Assembly: GCA_964016885.1 (NCBI GenBank)
Contig: OZ024759.1
Location: 24,118,001-24,182,000, forward strand
Origin: Eledone cirrhosa
Lineage: Eukaryota
Length of the DNA: 64,000 nt
Direction of reading: 5' to 3'
In this document: positions 56,480 to 64,000 of the stretch, piece by piece
Numbering within the stretch: position 1 is the first letter of the stretch
How the letters are laid out: each line of letters begins with the position of its first letter
Program-made: the position numbers and the translations under genes
Notes under the pieces: model-generated
Databases searched by the model: none
The model's input: the letters and a program-made list of their open reading frames with translations, nothing else
What the model was told of the DNA's origin: nothing

Positions 56480-59400
56480 CTTTCCAAAACATGTGCTTTA
56501 ACACTTTGAGCCCAGTTTACTTCGATATATCCCTATATATCTCTATTTTCCTTTTAACGGAAAACACCATGCTGCCTGGCTCACTCTCTCCCTTATCTAC
56601 CTCATGCGATCTACCTCTTTTTGAGTAATCCCTTGCTTGTCTTTCAAGCAAGTTGGTCTTTACTCCTATGGACGTATAAACCTTTACACTATCTCATAAC
56701 CATTCCTATATTCGTCTTTCCAAGTCATGTGCTTTCACACTTTGAGCCCAGTTTACTTCGATATATCTCTATATATCTCTATCTTCCTTTTAACGGAAAA
56801 CACCATGCTGTCTGGCTATCTCTCACCCAATCTACCTCATACTCTCTACCTCTTTTTGAGTAATCCCTTGCTTGTCTTTCAAGCAAGTTGGTCTTTACTC
56901 CTATGGACGTATAAACCTTTACACTATCTCATAACCATTCCTATATTCGTCTTTCCAAGTCATGTGCTTTCACACTTTGAGCCCAGTTTACTTCGATATA
57001 TCGCTATATATCTCTATTTTCCTTTTAACGGAAAACACCATGCTGTCTGGCTATCTCTCTCCCAATCTACCTCATACTCTCTACCTCTTTTTGAGTAATC
57101 CCTTGCTTGTCTTTCAAGCAAGTTGGTCTTTACTCCTATGGACGTATATACCTTTACACTATCTCATAACAATTCCTATATTCGTCTTTCCAAAACATGT
57201 GCTTTAACACTTTGAGCCCAGTTTACTTCGATATATCCCTATATATCTCTATTTTCCTTTTAACGGAAAACACCTTGCTGTCTTGCTATCTCTCTCCCAA
57301 TCTACCTCATACTCTCTACCTCTTTTTGAGTAACCCTTGCTTGTCTTTCAAGCAAGTTGGTCTTTACTCCTATGGACGTATAAACCTTTACACTATCTCA
57401 TAACCATTCCTATATTCGTCTTTCCAAAACATGTGCTTTAACACTTTGAGCCCAGTTTACTTCGATATATCCCTATATATCTCTATTTTCCTTTTAACGG
57501 AAAACACCATGCTGCCTGGCTCACTCTCTCCCTTATCTACCTCATGCGATCTACCTCTTTTTGAGTAATCCCTTGCTTGTCTTTCAAGCAAGTTGGTCTT
57601 TACTCCTATGGACGTATAAACCTTTACACTATCTCATAACCATTCCTATATTCGTCTTTCCAAGTCATGTGCTTTCACACTTTGAGCCCAGTTTACTTCG
57701 ATATATCTCTATATATCTCTATCTTCCTTTTAACGGAAAACACCATGCTGTCTGGCTATCTCTCACCGAATCTACCTCATACTCTCTACCTCTTTTTGAG
57801 TAATCCCTTGCTTGTCTTTCAAGCAAGTTGGTCTTTACTCCTATGGACGTATAAACCTTTACACTATCTCATAACCATTCCTATATTCGTCTTTCCAAGT
57901 CATGTGCTTTCACACTTTGAGCCCAGTTTACTTCGATATATCCCTATATATCTCTATTTTCCTTTTAACGGAAAACACCATGCTGTCTGGCTATCTCTCT
58001 CCCAATCTACCTCATACTCTCTACCTCTTTTTGAGTAATCCCTTGCTTGTCTTTCAAGCAAGTTGGTCTTTACTCCTATGGACGTATATACCTTTACACT
58101 ATCTCATAACAATTCCTATATTCGTCTTTCCAAAACATGTGCTTTAACACTTTGAGCCCAGTTTACTTCGATATATCCCTATATATCTCTATTTTCCTTT
58201 TAACGGAAAACACCTTGCTGTCTTGCTATCTCTCTCCCAATCTACCTCATACTCTCTACCTCTTTTTGAGTAACCCTTGCTTGTCTTTCAAGCAAGTTGG
58301 TCTTTACTCCTATGGACGTATAAACCTTTACACTATCTCATAACCATTCCTATATTCGTCTTTCCAAAACATGTGCTTTAACACTTTGAGCCCAGTTTAC
58401 TTCGATATATCCCTATATATCTCTATTTTCCTTTTAACGGAAAACACCATGCTGCCTGGCTCACTCTCTCCCTTATCTACCTCATGCGATCTACCTCTTT
58501 TTGAGTAATCCCTTGCTTGTCTTTCAAGCAAGTTGGTCTTTACTCCTATGGACGTATAAACCTTTACACTATCTCATAACCATTCCTATATTTGTCTTTC
58601 CAAGTCATGTGCTTTCACACTTTGAGCCCAGTTTACTTCGATATATCTCTATATATCTCTATCTTCCTTTTAACGGAAAACACCATGCTGTCTGGCTATC
58701 TCTCACCGAATCTACCTCATACTCTCTACCTCTTTTTGAGTAATCCCTTGCTTGTCTTTCAAGCAAGTTGGTCTTTACTCCTATGGACGTATAAACCTTT
58801 ACACTATCTCATAACCATTCCTATATTCGTCTTTCCAAGTCATGTGCTTTCACACTTTGAGCCCAGTTTACTTCGATATATCCCTATATATCTCTATTTT
58901 CCTTTTAACGGAAAACACCATGCTGTCTGGCTATCTCTCTCCCAATCTACCTCATACTCTCTACCTCTTTTTGAGTAATCCCTTGCTTGTCTTTCAAGCA
59001 AGTTGGTCTTTACTCCTATGGACGTATATACCTTTACACTATCTCATAACAATTCCTATATTCGTCTTTCCAAAACATGTGCTTTAACACTTTGAGCCCA
59101 GTTTACTTCGATATATCCCTATATATCTCTATTTTCCTTTTAACGGAAAACACCTTGCTGTCTTGCTATCTCTCTCCCAATCTACCTCATACTCTCTACC
59201 TCTTTTTGAGTAACCCTTTCTTGTCTTTCAAGCAAGTTGGTCTTTACTCCTATGGACGTATAAACCTTTACACTATCTCATAACCATTCCTATATTCGTC
59301 TTTCCAAAACATGTGCTTTAACACTTTGAGCCCAGTTTACTTCGATATATCCCTATATATCTCTATTTTCCTTTTAACGGAAAACACCATGCTGTCTGGC
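56480..59400 (+). repeat. Higher-order repeat: 4-monomer unit (940 bp) x3
   Basis: ORF triplets 56621/57561/58501, 56962/57902/58842 and 57197/58137/59077 are spaced 940 bp. GTATATACC, TAACAATT, GTCTTGCTA and AGTAACCC are shared. Confidence 0.9.
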
Positions 59401-60599
59401 TCTCTCTCTCCCTTATCTACCTCATGCGATCTACCTCTTTTTGAGTAATCCCTTGCTTGTCTTTCAAGCAAGTTGGTCTTTACTCCCATGGACGTATAAA
59501 CCTTTACACTATCTCATAACCATTCCCATATTCGTCTTTCCAAGTCATGTGCTTTAACACATTGAGCCCAGTTTACTTCGATATATCTCTATATATCTCT
59601 ATTTTCCTTTTAACGGAAAACACCATGCTGTCTGGCTATCTCTCTCCCAATCTACCTCATACTCTCTACCTCTTTTTGAGTAATCCCTTGCTTGTCTTTC
59701 AAGCAAGTTGGTCTTTACTCCTATGGACGTATAAACCTTTACACTATCTCATAACCATTCCTATATTCGTCTTTCCAAGTCATGTGCTTTCACACTTTGA
59801 GCCCAGTTTACTTCGATATATCTCTATATATCTCTATCTTCTTTTTAACGGAAAACACCATGCTGTCTGGCTATCTCTCTCCCAATCTACCTCATACTCT
59901 CTAGCACTTTTTTAGTAATCCCTTGCTTGTCTTTCAAGCAAGTTGGTCTTTACTCCTATGGACGTATAAACCTTTACACTATCTCATAACCATTCCTATA
60001 TTCGTCTTTCCAAGTCATGTGCTTTCACACTTTGAGCCCAGTTTACTTCGATATATCTCTATATATTTCTATTTTCCTTTTAACGGAAAACACCATGCTG
60101 TCTGGCTATCTCTCTCCCAATCTACCTCATACTCTCTACCTCTTTTTGAGTAATCCCTTGCTTGTCTTTCAAGCAAGTTGGTCTTTACTCCTATGGACGT
60201 ATAAACCTTTACACTATCTCATAACCATTCCTATATTCGTCTTTCCAAGTCATGTGCTTTCACACTTTGAGCCCAGTTTACTTCGATATATCTCTATATA
60301 TCTCTATTTTCCTTTTAACGGAAAACACCATGCTGTCTGGCTATCTCTCTCCCAATCTACCTCATACTCTCTACCTCTTTTTGAGTAATCCCTTGTTTGT
60401 CTTTCAAGCAAGTTGGTCTTTACTCCTATGGATGTATAAACCTTTACACTATCTCATAACCATTCCTATATTCGTCTTTCCAAGTCATGTGCTTTCACAC
60501 TTTGAGCCCAGTTTACTTCGATATATCTCTATATATCTCTATCTTCCTTTTAACGGAAAACACCATGCTGTCTGGCTATCTCTCACCCAATCTACCTCA

Positions 60600-63500
60600 T
60601 ACTCTCTACCTCTTTTTGAGTAATCCCTTGCTTGTCTTTCAAGCAAGTTGGTCTTTACTCCTATGGACGTATAAACCTTTACACTATCTCATAACCATTC
60701 CTATATTCGTCTTTCCAAAACATGTGCTTTAACACTTTGAGCCCAGTTTACTTCGATATATCCCTATATATCTCTATTTTCCTTTTAACGGAAAACACCA
60801 TGCTGTCTGGCTCACTCTCTCCCTTATCTACCTCATGCGATCTACCTCTTTTTGAGTAATCCCTTGCTTGTCTTTCAAGCAAGTTGGTCTTTACTCCTAT
60901 GGACGTATAAACCTTTACACTATCTCATAACCATTCCTATATTCGTCTTTCCAAGTCATGTGCTTTCACACTTTGAGCCCAGTTTACTTCGATATATCTC
61001 TATATATCTCTATTTTCCTTTTAACGGAAAACACCATGCTGTCTGGCTATCTCTCTCCCAATCTACCTCATACTCTCTACCTCTTTTTGAGTAATCCCTT
61101 GCTTGTCTTCCAAGCAAGTTGGTCTTTACTCCTATGGACGTATAAACCTTTACACTATCTCATAACCATTCCTATATTCGTCTTTCCAAGTCATGTGCTT
61201 TCACACTTTGAGCCCAGTTTACTTCGATATATCTCTATATATCTCTATCTTCCTTTTAACGGAAAACACCATGCTGTCTGGCTATCTCTCTCCCAATCTA
61301 CCTCATACTCTCTAGCACTTTTTTAGTAATCCCTTGCTTGTCTTTCAAGCAAGTTGGTCTTTACTCCTATGGACGTATAAACCTTTACACTATCTCATAA
61401 CCATTCCTATATTCGTCTTTCCAAGTCATGTGTTTTCACACTTTGAGCCCAGTTTACTTCGATATATCTCTATATATCTCTATTTTCCTTTTAACGGAAA
61501 ACACCATGCTGTCTGGCTATCTCTCTCCCAATCTACCTCATACTCTCTACCTCTTTTTGAGTAATCCCTTGCTTGTCTTTCAAGCAAGTTGGTCTTTACT
61601 CCTATGGACGTATAAACCTTTACACTATCTCATAACCATTCCTATATTCGTCTTTCCAAGTCATGTGCTTTCACACTTTGAGCCCAGTTTACTTCGATAT
61701 ATCTCTATATATCTCTATCTTCCTTTTAACGGAAAACACCATGCTGTCTGGCTATCTCTCACCCAATCTATCTCATACTCTCTACCTCTTTTTGAGTAAT
61801 CCCTTGCTTGTCTTTCAAGCAAGTTGGTCTTTACTCCTATGGACGTATAAGCCTTTACACTATCTCATAACCATTCCTATATTCGTCTTTGCAAGTCATG
61901 TGCATTAACACTTTGAGCCCAGTTTACTTCGATATATCTCTATATATCTCTATTTTCCTTTTAACGGAAAACACCATGCTGTCTGGCTATCTCTCTCCCA
62001 ATCTACCTCATACTCTCTACCTCTTTTTGAGTAATCCCTTGTTTGTCTTTCAAGCAAGTTGGTCTTTACTCCTATGGACGTATAAACCTTTACACTATCT
62101 CATAACCATTCCTATATTTGTCTTTCCAAGTCATGTGCTTTCACACTTTGAGCCCAGTTTACTTCGATATATCTCTATATATCTCTATCTTCCTTTTAAC
62201 GGAAAACACCATGCTGTCTGGCTATCTCTCACCCAATCTACCTCATACTCTCTACCTCTTTTTGAGTAATCCCTTGCTTGTCTTTCAAGCAAGTTGGTCT
62301 TTACTCCTATGGACGTATAAACCTTTACACTATCTCATAACCATTCCTATATTCGTCTTTCCAAGTCATGTGCTTTCACACTTTGAGCCCAGTTTACTTC
62401 GATATATCTCTATATATCTCTATCTTCCTTTTAACGGAAAACACCATGCTGTCTGGCTATCTCTCACCGAATCTACCTCATACTCTCTACCTCTTTTTGA
62501 GTAATCCCTTGCTTGTCTTTCAAGCAAGTTGGTCTTTACTCCTATGGACGTATAAACCTTTACACTATCTCATAACCATTCCTATATTCGTCTTTCCAAG
62601 TCATGTGCTTTCACACTTTGAGCCCAGTTTACTTCGATATATCTCTATATATCTCTATTTTCCTTTTAACGGAAAACACCATGCTGTCTGGCTATCTCTC
62701 TCCCAATCTACCTCATACTCTCTACCTCTTTTTGAGTAATCCCTTGCTTGTCTTTCAAGCAAGTTGGTCTTTACTCCTATGGACGTATAAACCTTTACAC
62801 TATCTCATAACCATTCCTATATTCGTCTTTCCAAAACATGTGCTTTAACACTTTGAGCCCAGTTTACTTCGATATATCCCTATATATCTCTATTTTCCTT
62901 TTAACGGAAAACACCATGCTGTCTGGCTCACTCTCTCCCTTATCTACCTCATGCGATCTACCTCTTTTTGAGTAATCCCTTGCTTGTCTTTCAAGCAAGT
63001 TGGTCTTTACTCCTATGGACGTATAAACCTTTACACTATCTCATAACCATTCCTATATTCGTCTTTCCAAGTCATGTGCTTTCACACTTTGAGCCCAGTT
63101 TACTTCGATATATCTCTATATATCTCTATTTTCCTTTTAACGGAAAACACCATGCTGTCTGGCTATCTCTCTCCCAATCTACCTCATACTCTCTACCTCT
63201 TTTTGAGTAATCCCTTGCTTGTCTTCCAAGCAAGTTGGTCTTTACTCCTATGGACGTATAAACCTTTACACTATCTCATAACCATTCCTATATTCGTCTT
63301 TCCAAGTCATGTGCTTTCACACTTTGAGCCCAGTTTACTTCGATATATCTCTATATATCTCTATCTTCCTTTTAACGGAAAACACCATGCTGTCTGGCTA
63401 TCTCTCTCCCAATCTACCTCATACTCTCTAGCACTTTTTTAGTAATCCCTTGCTTGTCTTTCAAGCAAGTTGGTCTTTACTCCTATGGACGTATAAACCT

Positions 63501-64000
63501 TTACACTATCTCATAACCATTCCTATATTCGTCTTTCCAAGTCATGTGTTTTCACACTTTGAGCCCTGTTTACTTCGATATATCTCTATATATCTCTATT
63601 TTCCTTTTAACGGAAAACACCATGCTGTCTGGCTATCTCTCTCCCAATCTACCTCATACTCTCTACCTCTTTTTGAGTAATCCCTTGCTTGTCTTTCAAG
63701 CAAGTTGGTCTTTACTCCTATGGACGTATAAACCTTTACACTATCTCATAACCATTCCTATATTCGTCTTTCCAAGTCATGTGCTTTCACACTTTGAGCC
63801 CAGTTTACTTCGATATATCTCTATATATCTCTATCTTCCTTTTAACGGAAAACACCATGCTGTCTGGCTATCTCTCACCCAATCTATCTCATACTCTCTA
63901 CCTCTTTTTGAGTAATCCCTTGCTTGTCTTTCAAGCAAGTTGGTCTTTACTCCTATGGACGTATAAGCCTTTACACTATCTCATAACCATTCCTATATTC
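60600..64000 (+). repeat. Higher-order duplication: 9-monomer block (2116 bp), second copy cut by the window end
   Basis: ORF pairs 60852/62968, 60958/63074, 61334/63450 and 61428/63544 are offset by 2116. GTCTTCCAAG, TAGCACTTTTTTAG, GTGTTTTCAC, CTATCTCATACT and TAAGCC appear in the same order. Confidence 0.88.

Larger units (their letters stand above)
35300..56600 (+). repeat. Domain dominated by a degenerate 4-monomer (941 bp) unit with 3-, 5- and 6-mer variants
   Basis: The recurring order is B-type with GCTGCCTGG, then CTCACCGAA, then ATATCGCTA, then TTTGCTCC. B-type-linked ORF starts 35692/36633, 42275/43216, 47215/48156/49097, 52388/53329 and 55680/56621 are spaced 941 bp. Other spacings are 706, 1176 and 1411. 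Confidence 0.82.
1..64000. repeat. Tandem satellite array with a 235-bp monomer, about 272 copies, one orientation, running off both window ends (centromeric/heterochromatic-type satellite)
   Basis: The motif ACGTATAAACCTTTACAC recurs every 234-236 bp from position 1 to about 63959. Copies differ by only a few substitutions. Identical ORF translations recur at 235-bp steps. No non-repeat sequence was seen. The centromeric role is an inference. Confidence 0.99.

Noticed and set aside
186-63915. Hundreds of overlapping 60-159 aa hydrophobic ORFs on the + strand (MCFHTLSPVYF..., MSNPLLVFQ...)
   Set aside because: They are translations of the same monomer in rotating frames, since 235 is not a multiple of 3. 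The L/F/S/Y/P richness and scarcity of stops follow from the pyrimidine-rich strand. Frameshift and nonsense variants are freely tolerated, and no domain is recognisable.
1-64000. CRISPR array (regularly spaced palindromic motif)
   Set aside because: The sequence between the hairpins is itself conserved rather than unique spacers. The period is 235 bp, and there are no cas genes or leader.
1-64000. 5S rDNA, tRNA or snRNA tandem gene array
   Set aside because: No recognisable 5S rRNA sequence, tRNA cloverleaf, A/B box pair or snRNA motif was found on either strand.

Overview
The whole 64 kb window is one uninterrupted head-to-tail array of a 235-bp satellite monomer, about 272 copies in a single orientation. 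The consensus is about 38% GC and about 67% pyrimidine on the + strand. I found no genes, RNA genes, transposon insertions or inversions. The ORF track is a by-product of the repeat. This looks like eukaryotic centromeric, pericentromeric or other heterochromatic satellite DNA, but I cannot assign it to a species or named family from memory. Its structure is hierarchical: (i) the monomer appears to be a decayed trimer of a ~78-bp unit and carries three short dyads; (ii) there are distinct monomer subtypes of 234, 235 and 236 bp, plus recombinants between them; (iii) local higher-order duplications of 2, 4, 6, 8, 9, 12, 15, 17 and 18 monomers occur, some nested; (iv) there are hints of an older ~37-kb duplication. 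Block boundaries are approximate and were read by eye from shared variants and from offsets in the ORF track. I did not find evidence for a new protein-coding system.
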